This document shows, in pieces, positions 21,800 to 31,533 of a stretch of DNA of 64,000 nucleotides. The position numbers and the translations under genes were made by a program. The stretch is from Naegleria gruberi (Eukaryota), in assembly GCA_000004985.1 (NCBI GenBank), contig GG738904.1; one strand, written 5' to 3'. The notes under the pieces are model-generated. The model had not been told where the DNA came from. It did no database searches and was given only the letters and a program-made list of their open reading frames with translations. Numbering within the stretch: the stretch's first letter is position 1; every line of letters starts with the position of its first letter.

Positions 21800-22220
21800 T
21801 TTTAATTATTTGATGTTGATGCTCAAAAGGCATAAGCAGATGATTCGTGCTGTTTTGAGGGGGTTTGTTTGAGCGTTCGTTAAATTTTGATTTAAAAAAA
21901 ACCTGAGAAAAATTGTTTTTTTAATTTTATTATAAAGTCTTAAGGTTTTACCGTACACTACAGAGGTTTTCCAATTTAGCAATGGACTAGAAAGTAGCAG
22001 GTAACGTCCTTTTTTTTGAGGTGAGCCCCAAATCAATGTAATCAGTTGAATATTCCATTGACGGTCGCCCTTATTGAAAAATGCTGGATGATGCAGAAGT
22101 GAAAATTACAAAAGACTCTTATTCTCGCTATCTGTATTATATACTCTTAATTATGGCAATTAAGATGAAATTAAATTAATAATCAAATAATAAAAAGTCA
22201 GGAAAAACAAGAAGAAAAAA

Positions 22221-23147
22221 ATGACTTCGGGAAGAGCAAAGCCAACACCAATATTTCCCTTGACTGCTCAAATAAAACCATCCGATTCATTATTCTTGAA
22301 AAAGTCAAGTGGTGGCGGTGCTAGTAGAAGTAAGAAATCAACCTCATCAAATACAACAACACCACAAAGTTCGGAAAAGAAGTCAACAACGACATCTTCA
22401 TCACAGCGAAAAAGACAACAACAAGGATCATCGTCATCACAGAGAAAAGATAATTCCGATAGTAGCAGTGATGATGAAGAAGCTTCTTTGAGTACATCCA
22501 ATAATAATAACAATACAAGTGGAAATAGATCCAATACTCTGAATAGTAGTGCTGGCTCTACAAGAGATGATTCTCTGCCACCCTCTAATTTATTCACTCG
22601 ATCGAGTAGGAGAAAAAGAGCTCCTGTTGTATTGGACAGCAATTTCTCCTATGAACTTTCAACAGAATCAGAAAAAGAGGAAGAGCAGATCAATAGAAGA
22701 AAGAAACAGAAAAAGACAACAACTGTTTCCAAATCTAAAGCTTCTTCTTCTGCTGCATCAGTTATTTCAGTAGTGAGCGATGATACACCTCCCCCACATA
22801 GTGAAAAATCACAGGAAATGTCTCATTCCAATATTAATGGTAACAGTAATAGGATTTCATCTTCATTTGTAGAGCCAAGATTGGATATTTCAAATACAAG
22901 TCGCAATGCAGAGAAGTCATCGAAAAGTAAGACACCAACCAAATCTCAATCTAAATCATCATTGAACTCTACTCCTGTTGCAGCAATTCCTACCGAAACA
23001 CTAGCCAGTGAGGCACCAGAAGAGCCAGAACTTCCACCTATTCCAAGAGGCAGATCCAGAGCTCTCAAACAATTCAAAGAGCACCAAAATTCACTTTACA
23101 AGATTGTTAAAATATCTTTGGAATCCTTCTCCGATTTGAAGAGGTAG
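22221..23147 (+). CDS. Hypothetical serine-rich basic protein (308 aa)
   Basis: ATG ORF of low complexity (S/K/R/T-rich). Possibly a nuclear protein. Confidence 0.4.
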   Translation: MTSGRAKPTPIFPLTAQIKPSDSLFLKKSSGGGASRSKKSTSSNTTTPQSSEKKSTTTSSSQRKRQQQGSSSSQRKDNSDSSSDDEEASLSTSNNNNNTSGNRSNTLNSSAGSTRDDSLPPSNLFTRSSRRKRAPVVLDSNFSYELSTESEKEEEQINRRKKQKKTTTVSKSKASSSAASVISVVSDDTPPPHSEKSQEMSHSNINGNSNRISSSFVEPRLDISNTSRNAEKSSKSKTPTKSQSKSSLNSTPVAAIPTETLASEAPEEPELPPIPRGRSRALKQFKEHQNSLYKIVKISLESFSDLKR

Positions 23148-23249
23148 ATATTACAATAACTATTGTAGAGTTTTATATTCTTCCTAAACATTCCGAACAA
23201 GGAGTGTTGACGTCAATGTAATAGAATCTTCAAGAAAAAGAAGAAAAAA

Positions 23250-24233
23250 ATGAAATCAAACGTAAAGTCTCATCATGTCGGGCTCTGCTTGATGATTGTG
23301 ATCATCATGTTGTTGCAACAGGTTATTCTCATCACGGGACAAGTTAATAACCGTCCAATAATTGGAATTATGGCACAACCAACATATAAGAAAACATATG
23401 GAGAATCCTATTTGGCTGCATCATATGTGAAATGGATTGAATCGGGTGGTGCTCGTGTTGTTCCAATTCCCTACGATCTTCCACAGGAAAAATTAAATTT
23501 ATTATTTAATTCTTTGAATGGAATTGTTTTTCCAGGAGGTGGAACTTCTTTGAGATACTCTGAATATTACTATACATTGAAATTCTTTTTTGATAAAGCA
23601 ATCGAGGCAAATAATAGAGGTGATTATTTTCCAATTTGGGGAACTTGTTTGGGATTTGAAGCATTGAATGTATTGGCTGCTGATAATCCAGATGTTTTAC
23701 ATTTTGGATTTGATTCAGAGAATTTAAGTTTGAATTTACATTTTGTTAATGATTACAAGAATTCTAGAATTTTTGGAAAGGCACCACTTTCAGTTATGCA
23801 AATTTTGGCTGAACAAAACGTAACCATGAATAATCATATGGCAGGTATAACACCTGAAACTTTCATGAAGAATGACAGATTGAATCAATTTTACAAAATG
23901 TTATCTGTTAATGCTGATAGAAAAGGACAAGTGTTTGTATCAACCATTGAAAGTTTGAAATATCCAATTTATGGAACTCAATTCCATCCTGAAAAGATTC
24001 AATTTGAATTCAACTATGAAGACATTAATCACTCATACGATAGCGTATTAGCTAATCAATATTTTGCCAACTTTTTCGTAAATGAAGCCAGAAAGAATCA
24101 ACACAAATTTAGTTCATTTGAAGTGGAACAATCCTATAGCATTTACAATTTCAATGCCAAATTTACATTCCCAGAAATTAGCAAAGATTTTGTTCAAATT
24201 TATTACTTTAATGCTAGTAGAATTAATTTTTGA
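23250..24233 (+). CDS. GGH: Gamma-glutamyl hydrolase (peptidase C26, folate conjugase) with signal peptide
   Basis: Hydrophobic N-terminal signal sequence. PIIGI...YVKWIESGGARVVPIPYD matches the GGH N-region, WGTCLGFE is the catalytic Cys motif, and GTQFHPEK is the catalytic His region. Confidence 0.8.
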   Translation: MKSNVKSHHVGLCLMIVIIMLLQQVILITGQVNNRPIIGIMAQPTYKKTYGESYLAASYVKWIESGGARVVPIPYDLPQEKLNLLFNSLNGIVFPGGGTSLRYSEYYYTLKFFFDKAIEANNRGDYFPIWGTCLGFEALNVLAADNPDVLHFGFDSENLSLNLHFVNDYKNSRIFGKAPLSVMQILAEQNVTMNNHMAGITPETFMKNDRLNQFYKMLSVNADRKGQVFVSTIESLKYPIYGTQFHPEKIQFEFNYEDINHSYDSVLANQYFANFFVNEARKNQHKFSSFEVEQSYSIYNFNAKFTFPEISKDFVQIYYFNASRINF

Positions 24234-24251
24234 AAGAAATAATACAATTTA

Positions 24252-26276
24252 TTAATATCTTCTATTATTGCCAGAATAGCCATTTCTACCATTTCCATAA
24301 TTGTCATAATTTCTATTATTATTACCATGATAATTATCATTGTTTCTATGATTATTGCCACGATAATTATTATTGGATGATGAGGAATGATTATTTCTAT
24401 TAGAATTCTTGTTTGTGTGATATCCTTTCTGTTCACTCTTTTTCACACAATTTCTCAAGTATTGAGCAATGGTAGTGGCTGAGGAAAATTCATTATTAAA
24501 ACCAACATATTCGAAATATTCCTCAAAGGAGCTAACTTTTTGGATTTTGAAAACTTCTCTCTGAAGAACATCTTCAAGAGATTCGTCAGATTTAGTTTTT
24601 GGAGGAGCTCCAAAATTAATATCATACATTCTGCCTAATTCTGAGAGAGGCAAATCTCCATATGCTTCTACAACATTTCTCAAGAAGAAGACATGGAACA
24701 TGATTAATTTACAAGAAACCATATTTTCTTCCCATGATTTCTGACATCTTTCATAATTGTTTTGATCTGAATGAATATTGGAAAGTTTTGGATGTTTCTT
24801 AACCACCCATAATGCATTCCTAGTACCAGTTTCATCAACCACTGCTGATTTGATTGAATCCCATGTGAAACCAGAAGGACCTAAAATGGTCAACTTGGGA
24901 AGAAACTCACCAATATTTGGACATGCATTTTTAGTTCTAAACTTTTCATCATTGATAAAGTTTTGAACTTGCTTTTTGATATTATCAAGAGAATTTGGAA
25001 AGTTTTCCATCAAATAGATCAACCATCTATGGAAATATAAATATCCATACAGTGCCTTAATAGAGGCATGTGTGACACCTTTCATAATTTCAACAACCAT
25101 ATTGTTCATCAATTTACAAAGTAATTCGACATATGGTTCGGCACTATCGAGGTCAATTTGTCCATTTCTGTTTGGAGTGAGAAGTTTAGGATAATATTCC
25201 AAAAGAAAGGAAAGTGAATTTTTGAAAACTGAGAATTTTGCATGAGTTTGATTAATGAACAATGGAATCCAACCATGAATTGGTTGACCCCAAACACTCT
25301 TGTACACCTCCTCATGGAAGAATGATGATTCACTTATGAAATCAAGTGGAGTTTTGATTTCCTTGATAGTTTCGTCATTTTTCAACTCAATCCAAAGTCC
25401 AATTCCAAGTGTTTCTTCCTTGTATGAAGATTTAGAATGGAAACAAATCAATTCTCGTGAGTAGGTAAGATATTTACAATCACAAGCATGTTGGAAAGCT
25501 TTGCAAACTGTTTCTACTCGTTTCAAATCAATAAACGAAAGATAGGAAAAGATGTGGATAAGTATTTCATTTGGAAAATCTTCAAAAGAAATCATTGTTT
25601 TGGTTAAAGAGTTTGTGGAATTTCTAATGCCAACAATTGAACTTTCGTCAAGTTTCTCAATAAGAATCTTCTTGAGAGCTTGTTCGGATTCGTCCTGACT
25701 TTCGAATTTTCTCTTCTTTAAACCAGAATTGAACACCTCCTCAACATTCCAATGAGGAGCCATCGGATAAATCTTTCCTTCTTGTGGCCAATGTCCAGTC
25801 TCTTGGACACGAGTAGCTCTAGAACCTTTAATATCTTTCTCAATGTGAGATTGATGAAGATGCTCCTCTTCCAATAAGAAAGCTTGCAATTGCAATAGAA
25901 TGGACAAACATGAATAACTTGAACTCCATCCCATATATGGTTCTTCAGAGTGATGTGTCTCCAACATGTCCAAACAAATAAATTGTCTATAGACATGGGA
26001 ATGATACAATGGAGTGAGACATTTTACAGTTGGAGGTGAATGAGGATAATCATTTGGAAAGGTAATTTCCAAACTAATGATAATGCCATAATATTTGGAT
26101 GATTGTGGAGCTAATAAAGTTGCATACCAGTGAAATAAATTATTTTCAAAGGGTTCGGCGTAGACTGTATCGAGTGGATTATTCTGAATTTCAATGAAAT
26201 CTTTGGATAAACGTTTTAAAGCTCTGCTGTGTGGAGTTGCTGCTGTTGAATTTGATGAATTTGATGAATTTGACAT
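24252..26276 (-). CDS. Fusion protein: N-terminal ubiquitin-conjugating (UBC/E2) fold + central F-box + C-terminal unknown domain + N/R/Y-rich tail
   Basis: UBC signature RALKRLSKDFIEIQNNP...FHWYATLLAPQSSKYYGIIISLEITFPNDYPHSPPTVKCLTPLYHSHVYRQFICLDML with the active-site Cys retained. F-box LILIHIFSYLSFIDLKRVETVCKAFQ about 120 aa downstream. The track ORF runs through the 50-N gap (MVK+X); I place the start at ATG 26276 (MSNSSNSSNS...). Confidence 0.6.
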   Translation of the reverse strand: MSNSSNSSNSTAATPHSRALKRLSKDFIEIQNNPLDTVYAEPFENNLFHWYATLLAPQSSKYYGIIISLEITFPNDYPHSPPTVKCLTPLYHSHVYRQFICLDMLETHHSEEPYMGWSSSYSCLSILLQLQAFLLEEEHLHQSHIEKDIKGSRATRVQETGHWPQEGKIYPMAPHWNVEEVFNSGLKKRKFESQDESEQALKKILIEKLDESSIVGIRNSTNSLTKTMISFEDFPNEILIHIFSYLSFIDLKRVETVCKAFQHACDCKYLTYSRELICFHSKSSYKEETLGIGLWIELKNDETIKEIKTPLDFISESSFFHEEVYKSVWGQPIHGWIPLFINQTHAKFSVFKNSLSFLLEYYPKLLTPNRNGQIDLDSAEPYVELLCKLMNNMVVEIMKGVTHASIKALYGYLYFHRWLIYLMENFPNSLDNIKKQVQNFINDEKFRTKNACPNIGEFLPKLTILGPSGFTWDSIKSAVVDETGTRNALWVVKKHPKLSNIHSDQNNYERCQKSWEENMVSCKLIMFHVFFLRNVVEAYGDLPLSELGRMYDINFGAPPKTKSDESLEDVLQREVFKIQKVSSFEEYFEYVGFNNEFSSATTIAQYLRNCVKKSEQKGYHTNKNSNRNNHSSSSNNNYRGNNHRNNDNYHGNNNRNYDNYGNGRNGYSGNNRRY

Positions 26277-26304
26277 TTTAATTGAAAGACAATTGATGAA
26301 ATTG

Positions 26305-26354
26305 NNNNNNNNNNNNNNNNNNNNNNNNNNNNNNNNNNNNNNNNNNNNNNNNNN
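26305..26354. other. Assembly gap (50 N)
   Basis: Run of 50 n. A duplicated sequence ends exactly at its left edge. Confidence 0.99.
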
Positions 26355-26992
26355 CTTGACCAAAATGGTTGTTCCTCATCTGATTGAATCCATTCAAATA
26401 ATTTTTCATAGAATATTTTAGGATGTTGTAAAATTCTTTCTTTTTTAACATGAAAAGAGGCGCAACACCATCTAGTAATGCTTGATGGTACTTTACCCAA
26501 TTCATTTTCGAATAGTTTCTTCCAATATTTTTCAACTATACGATAATTAGGATCTGTTTCATTCAAATGTCTGTGAAATTGTGGATTTAATGAAATGTAT
26601 TCATATTTACCCCAATATAAACTCTCCACAACAGGTACAATATCAACATAATGCCACGATTTCCTATGTCCATGAATAAAAATCATATTTTCAGGTAAAT
26701 TTTCATAATAATCAATAATAAATTTCAAATAACTTGAAGCTTCATGTCCCCTATTTTCTTTTACTTTAAATGATGGATTTGGATCCAATCTATCATAAAC
26801 TACGTGTGGAATATGAGGGAAATGTGTTGCTAACCACGATGTGTCCTCATTAAATCTTGAAACTATTATCATGTTTTTAGTATTGGTAAAATTATCATGT
26901 TTTGGAGTATTGTGGTGTATAACTCCGAATTGATATAAAACAATAGTCATGAGTGTGAGGAAAACTAAACTCCACAAAATACGTTCTTTCAT
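26355..26992 (-). CDS. Type II membrane protein resembling the DUF3431 family (putative glycosyltransferase-like), 3' end lost in assembly gap
   Basis: N-terminal signal anchor. RGHEASSYLKFIIDYYENLPENMIFIHGHRKSWH resembles the DUF3431 core. The ORF runs into the 26305-26354 gap; the track's post-gap extension to 26216 is an artefact. Confidence 0.5.
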
Positions 26993-27191
26993 TTTTTTTT
27001 ACAACACTTGACAGGGGAATTTAACAGTTTCGCTAGGTAATGTTTTGGTAAATCCAAAGTTGGTGTAATATTTTCAAAATCAAAAACCACAAGAACCAGT
27101 TCGATGTAGTATGTTGCCTCTTCATCATCACCTCTTTCAGGTACCTCAATTACATTTTATCTGATTAAGGTCTTGATATAAAAAATGTGCT

Positions 27192-27262
27192 CGTCTCGTG
27201 GTGTAATGGTAGCATAGTGGACTTTGAATCCATTGACGGAGGTTCGATTCCTCCCGAGACGG
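27192..27262 (+). tRNA. tRNA-Gln (anticodon TTG)
   Basis: Cloverleaf folded by hand: acceptor CGTCTCG/CGAGACG, D-arm TGGTGTAATGGTAGCA, anticodon stem GTGGA/TCCAT with loop CTTTGAA (TTG), T-arm GGAGG-TTCGATT-CCTCC, discriminator G. Close to canonical eukaryotic tRNA-Gln. Confidence 0.85.
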
Positions 27263-27294
27263 TAAACGTGGCGAGCCATTGAGATTTGCAAACT

Positions 27295-27344
27295 NNNNNN
27301 NNNNNNNNNNNNNNNNNNNNNNNNNNNNNNNNNNNNNNNNNNNN
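27295..27344. other. Assembly gap (50 N)
   Basis: Run of 50 n. A duplicated sequence begins exactly at its right edge. Confidence 0.99.
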
Positions 27345-27460
27345 TCTGAATTTCAATGAAATCTTTGGATAAACGTTTTAAAGCTCTGCTGTGTGGAGTT
27401 GCTGCTGTTGAATAGGAAGAATTTGACATTTTAATTGAAAGACAATTTGATGAAATTTAA
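27345..27460. repeat. Duplicate copy of the 5' end and 5' flank of the UBC-F-box gene (copy of 26184-26304)
   Basis: Near-identical to 26184-26304 (tctgaatttcaatgaaatctttggataaacgttttaaagctctgctgtgtggagttgctgctgttgaa...). The copy lacks the SNSSNS-encoding tandem repeat. It encodes MSNSSYSTAATPHSRALKRLSKDFIEIQ on the minus strand, then hits the gap. Confidence 0.7.
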
Positions 27461-27720
27461 AAGATTTTGATGGAATGTGGAGTCTGAGAAATCCGAATCT
27501 GTGTTTCGATTCAATTTTTTGTGAATGTTGATCGATTTTTGATTAGCTTGCAAATCGATTAAAAACTGATTTTTTTAGAGTTAAAAATAGAAGATCAAAA
27601 TTTTTCAACAGGTTCAATAAATTGTTTTAAAATTCATCAACTGATCAAATCATTTTAGAACCTTATTTTGAATTCTAAATAAGAAACTGATTCGAAATCC
27701 AAGGATTGTTGTTGATTATC

Positions 27721-28311
27721 TCACCATAGAACGGTGCAAATGAGTTTAGGAATTGATTTCTTACATGCCACATAAAAATCTTCACATGTCAAATCAACAA
27801 ATGAATAATTGTTAACTTGGATTCCATCAAAATAGTTATTCCACATTAGATGTTCAACATTCCTGTTGGTGTTATTTGTAAAGTTAAATGCAGATACTTC
27901 CAAGACGAAACTATTTTGTGAAACTTTGCACTTGTCAGAATCAATTGCCTAGATTCGAGTAACTCCACTCACATCAGAGGGGATTCCAAACATGGAGAGG
28001 AATGTTAGTTGCTTGATGGGGTTTGTTTTGTCTCCCCAAACCAGAATATTCAACTGTTTAATGTATCGAATAATGTTTACCAATACGAAACACAAAGGCA
28101 TTGCCTTATTCTCTGCCTTTTCATATAAAATTTCAACCCTTGATATCAAAATATGTCGATCACTATTATAATTATCCAAATTTAAATCCACCTCTTCAGT
28201 GAGAATTTCGTAAATTGTTCTGAATCGTTTTCCAGTAATTGATTCGATGGTTTTTTCATCTTGTTTCCAATATCCTTCATCTTTTATTAAAATATCGGCC
28301 TTGAGCAACAT
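27721..28311 (-). pseudogene. Disrupted paralogue of gene 6278-6880 (in-frame TAG, diverged 3' third)
   Basis: About 90% identical to 6278-6880 over the first 360 nt. GAG->TAG at about 27945 creates a stop (IEAIDSD context), after which the two small track ORFs (27949-28311, 27721-27903) continue the homology. Confidence 0.5.
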
Positions 28312-28656
28312 TTTTCAAATCAAAATCCAAACTTGATAGGTGCAGTTCTTGTTTATGATTGTGTTATTTTTTGTAATTTTTTTGTGATTTTGATTGGGAT
28401 TGAGGTCTTAATAAACAATTTATAATGAATCATCTTATGGATGGAATGAAAAGAAAAGACTGATTGTTGGATAAAGTCAATTTGAAAATTTTTACAACTT
28501 AATGTGAGGTATGAAAAAAATTGCATGCCTGCCGAGGCTTCCAAAAAAAGAAATATAGATAATTTTTGAAAAATAAAAACGCCACTACCTTGATATGGAT
28601 GTCTAGTAGGGATCTATGAAAAATTGGGCAAAAATATTAAGAATTAAAAATTACTA

Positions 28657-28727
28657 CTCGAGTGCCGGGAATTGAACCCGGGTCGCCAGAGTGACAGTCT
28701 GGAATGCTACCACTATACCACACCCGA
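28657..28727 (-). tRNA. tRNA-Asp (anticodon GTC)
   Basis: Reverse complement TCGGGTGTGGTATAGTGGTAGCATTCCAGACTGTCACTCTGGCGACCCGGGTTCAATTCCCGGCACTCGAG. Anticodon stem CCAGA/TCTGG with loop CTGTCAC, T-arm CCGGG-TTCAATT-CCCGG. Matches eukaryotic tRNA-Asp. Confidence 0.85.
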
Positions 28728-28980
28728 TTTCACATTTATTCTGAAACTATCCACTACCCTTATCTGTACAGAACGAATATTTAATTTTTTCTACTGAACT
28801 ACTAAAGTGTTGCACTTTCTTTCAAATAGAAAATAGTTTTATGACTCTATTCTCCTCTCCTTCTCTCAAGAAAGAAAATATTAATTTATTTTGGATACTT
28901 CCTTTTTATTAGCTAGTATCAGTAAAATTTATTCTTTCTTTAATAGTATTGTGAAATAATTTGTTCGAAGCCAAATGATT

Positions 28981-29160
28981 ACAATTTGTGATGCTTGGTG
29001 GTATTTTACCCAATTCATTTTCGAATATATTTTTCAACTATTCGATAATTATCATCTGTTTCATTCAGATGGCTGTGAAATTGTGGATTTAATGAATGTA
29101 TTCATATTTACCCAATATAAACTCTCCACAACAGGTACAATATCAATATAAAGGTATTTT
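28981..29160 (-). pseudogene. Degenerate fragment of the DUF3431-like gene (copy of about 26400-26650)
   Basis: Recognisable nucleotide similarity (...tttacccaattcattttcgaata...ttcaactat.cgataatta...tctgtttcattca.atg.ctgtgaaattgtggatttaatgaa.tgtattcatatttaccc.aatataaactctccacaacaggtacaatatcaa.ataa) with indels and no open frame. Confidence 0.45.
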
Positions 29161-29407
29161 TGTATTGGTCACTCTAGTTGTTGTAATGCCAGGTTTTGAG
29201 GCTTAGAATTTAACGAAAATGGTTTGCCTTCTTGATGTGTTTTGAAGCTATGGGAGTAAACTACAATTTCCTTTTTGCTTAAAATTTAATCTCAAAACGC
29301 GGCATATTTTCAATTAATTATCAAAAACCAAAAGAACCAGTTCAGTCTACATAAATTGTTGCTTCAATTAAATATTATGATTAAGGTGTTGATTTAGTGA
29401 ATGTGCT

Positions 29408-29478
29408 CGTCTCGTGGTGTAATGGTAGCATAGTGGACTTTGAATCCATTGACGGAGGTTCGATTCCTCCCGAGACGG
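29408..29478 (+). tRNA. tRNA-Gln (anticodon TTG), second copy
   Basis: Identical 71-nt mature sequence to 27192-27262. Upstream and downstream flanks are also similar (aaacgtggcgagcc.ttgagattt). Confidence 0.85.
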
Positions 29479-29626
29479 TAAACGTGGCGAGCCCTTGAGA
29501 TTTTTCTTATTGAACTTTTTCTGTTTAACAACATGCAATACGCCTCAACAGAGATAGAACTCACTACTCAGTTCACCTATTGGTTACTGCTGCTATTAAG
29601 CAATTGAAGGAATAAGTTAATAATAA

Positions 29627-30640
29627 TTGCTTGTGTTTGCGTTTACGTTTTACAATTTCCAGAAAAAAATGAAAAGACAGAGCAACGAACATTCTGCTCT
29701 TCCGAAAAGAAAGAAGCAACAATCAGTTGAGGAGCCTCCTTCAAGAGAACAACAACTCCAGCAAACATCTCCTACTATCGGATCAACAACAATAATTAAT
29801 CATGTTGATGATGAAAATAATAACAAAATAATCATGATGATGACGAATATTCCTCTGGATATTATCACTAATGAAGTCTTTACATTCTTTCCATGCCAAT
29901 GGATTTTTCGGGTGGCTTTCTTGGTTTGCAAGGCTTGGTATAATTCTGTGAATAATTTCAATCTATTGATAATTCAAACTAATTTGAATGTTGACACTCA
30001 AAGGAATCAGTCATTCTTATTGTGTTGTAAGGAAGGGAGATTTAATTCTGCCAGAGAATTTTGTGTGAAGGGTTTTGATTTACATCATTACAAACTATCC
30101 ATTCCGATTGTAAACTTTACAGCTCTACAGGTATTGGATCTTTCGTATAGCAAATTGGGAAGTTTAGGTATTAGTATTCTATCTCAGAATAATGCAAACC
30201 AATTGAGAGGATTAAGAAAGTTTACATACAGATACAACGTATTAACGCACAAAGGACTAGAAGTCCTTTGCTCACTTCCGTTAACTAAACTGAAAGAATT
30301 GGATCTTTCTTTTAACAGGATTGGCGATACTGGATGCACTGTTTTAAGGAAAGCACCTTTTTTGAATTCTCTCACTTCATTGGAGCTATACGACAATAGG
30401 ATTGGAAATCAGGGATTCTTGACATTGGTTGATACTAACTTTCAATCTCTTCGTTTCATCAATTTACGGTTCAATGCTGTAGACCATATAGATTGTGAAG
30501 TTTTCAACAGTGAGAAACTGAGTAACAAACTTCCTAACATTCAGTCAATTAATTTACTTTTCAATAAGATTGACATCAGCGAAATTACCCATTTAAACGC
30601 AAATGTTAAAAAGCTAATAGTTGTGAATATGGTAAATTAA
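29627..30640 (+). CDS. F-box / leucine-rich repeat protein (337 aa)
   Basis: F-box-like IITNEVFTFFPCQWIFRVAFLVCKAWYNSV, followed by LRRs (LQVLDLSYSKLGSLGISIL, LKELDLSFNRIGDTGCTVL, LTSLELYDNRIGNQGF...). The real start may be the internal Met of MKRQSNEH. Confidence 0.6.
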   Translation: MLVFAFTFYNFQKKMKRQSNEHSALPKRKKQQSVEEPPSREQQLQQTSPTIGSTTIINHVDDENNNKIIMMMTNIPLDIITNEVFTFFPCQWIFRVAFLVCKAWYNSVNNFNLLIIQTNLNVDTQRNQSFLLCCKEGRFNSAREFCVKGFDLHHYKLSIPIVNFTALQVLDLSYSKLGSLGISILSQNNANQLRGLRKFTYRYNVLTHKGLEVLCSLPLTKLKELDLSFNRIGDTGCTVLRKAPFLNSLTSLELYDNRIGNQGFLTLVDTNFQSLRFINLRFNAVDHIDCEVFNSEKLSNKLPNIQSINLLFNKIDISEITHLNANVKKLIVVNMVN

Positions 30641-31533
30641 TTCACTAAACAGTAGAGTGTATAAAATTTGGCTCACAGGTCCTTACATTACTAATTGGAA
30701 AAACAAGATCAGAGTCACCACTCAATCAAAAATAGATATTGAAAATCCTAATATTGTGTTCGAATTGTATTGTAAAATGGTGTCATGAATATTTGAATAA
30801 TGAACCTGTCTACGCACAAATGGAACCGATCATTTTCTGTGAACAGTTTATGTTACCATTCAAGATATACCAAACTTTAACAGATAACTAATTATTCAAT
30901 TAATGTTGAGAGATGAGAGACCAAATGAACAAATATTTCATCACCTATTCTTCACAGGGTTGGTATTCGTTGCAAATTGATGAATTTGTTGTAAAATGGA
31001 ATTACTTTATCAGCCAATATATTATACAAATTCCTCAAATATTCGACGTTAATTTTTGCGTTACCTTCTACTGCTAGTTCTGGTTCAAGAAAAGTGATAA
31101 GAACGTTTCGATTAATTATGATTATTGCCAATTCTAGTACTAGGTTTAGAATTGTATTGTGAGATCAAATACATTTGTTCTGTACGACTAGTTCTACTTT
31201 TCATATTAAACAAGTCAACCTTCATGTCTCTTCATCCAAAAGACATAGATTCATGTTGTGCGAAGTAACTGTTGGTTACTTATTAAGAAAATGGTTAATG
31301 CGTTTTTAAAACATAGGCAAATCGCCTCAAAAACGTTTAATATTATTTGGAACGGAATCATCTCAACCTACAACAATCCCAACACCTCCTCTTCACAGCA
31401 CAGCTCTCTATTAAAAAGAGGTAACAAATTCTACAAAAACAGATTCAAACAAACAAAAAAAACCAAGTAACTATCCACTCCTAGCTGCCAATATCTATCT
31501 CAAGATACCATCTCAGCGACCTAACCTTTCGAT

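Noticed and set aside
24203-24436. 77-aa minus-strand ORF rich in Ile/Met
   Set aside because: Alternative frame of the N/R/Y-rich repetitive tail of the 24252-26276 gene. No independent support.
26216-26363. ORF-track extensions reading through the 50-N gap (MVK+X... start of the 703-aa ORF, and the post-gap tail of the 258-aa DUF3431 ORF)
   Set aside because: Frames across an N-run are undefined. The biologically sensible start of the UBC-F-box gene is ATG 26276, and the DUF3431-like gene simply ends in the gap.
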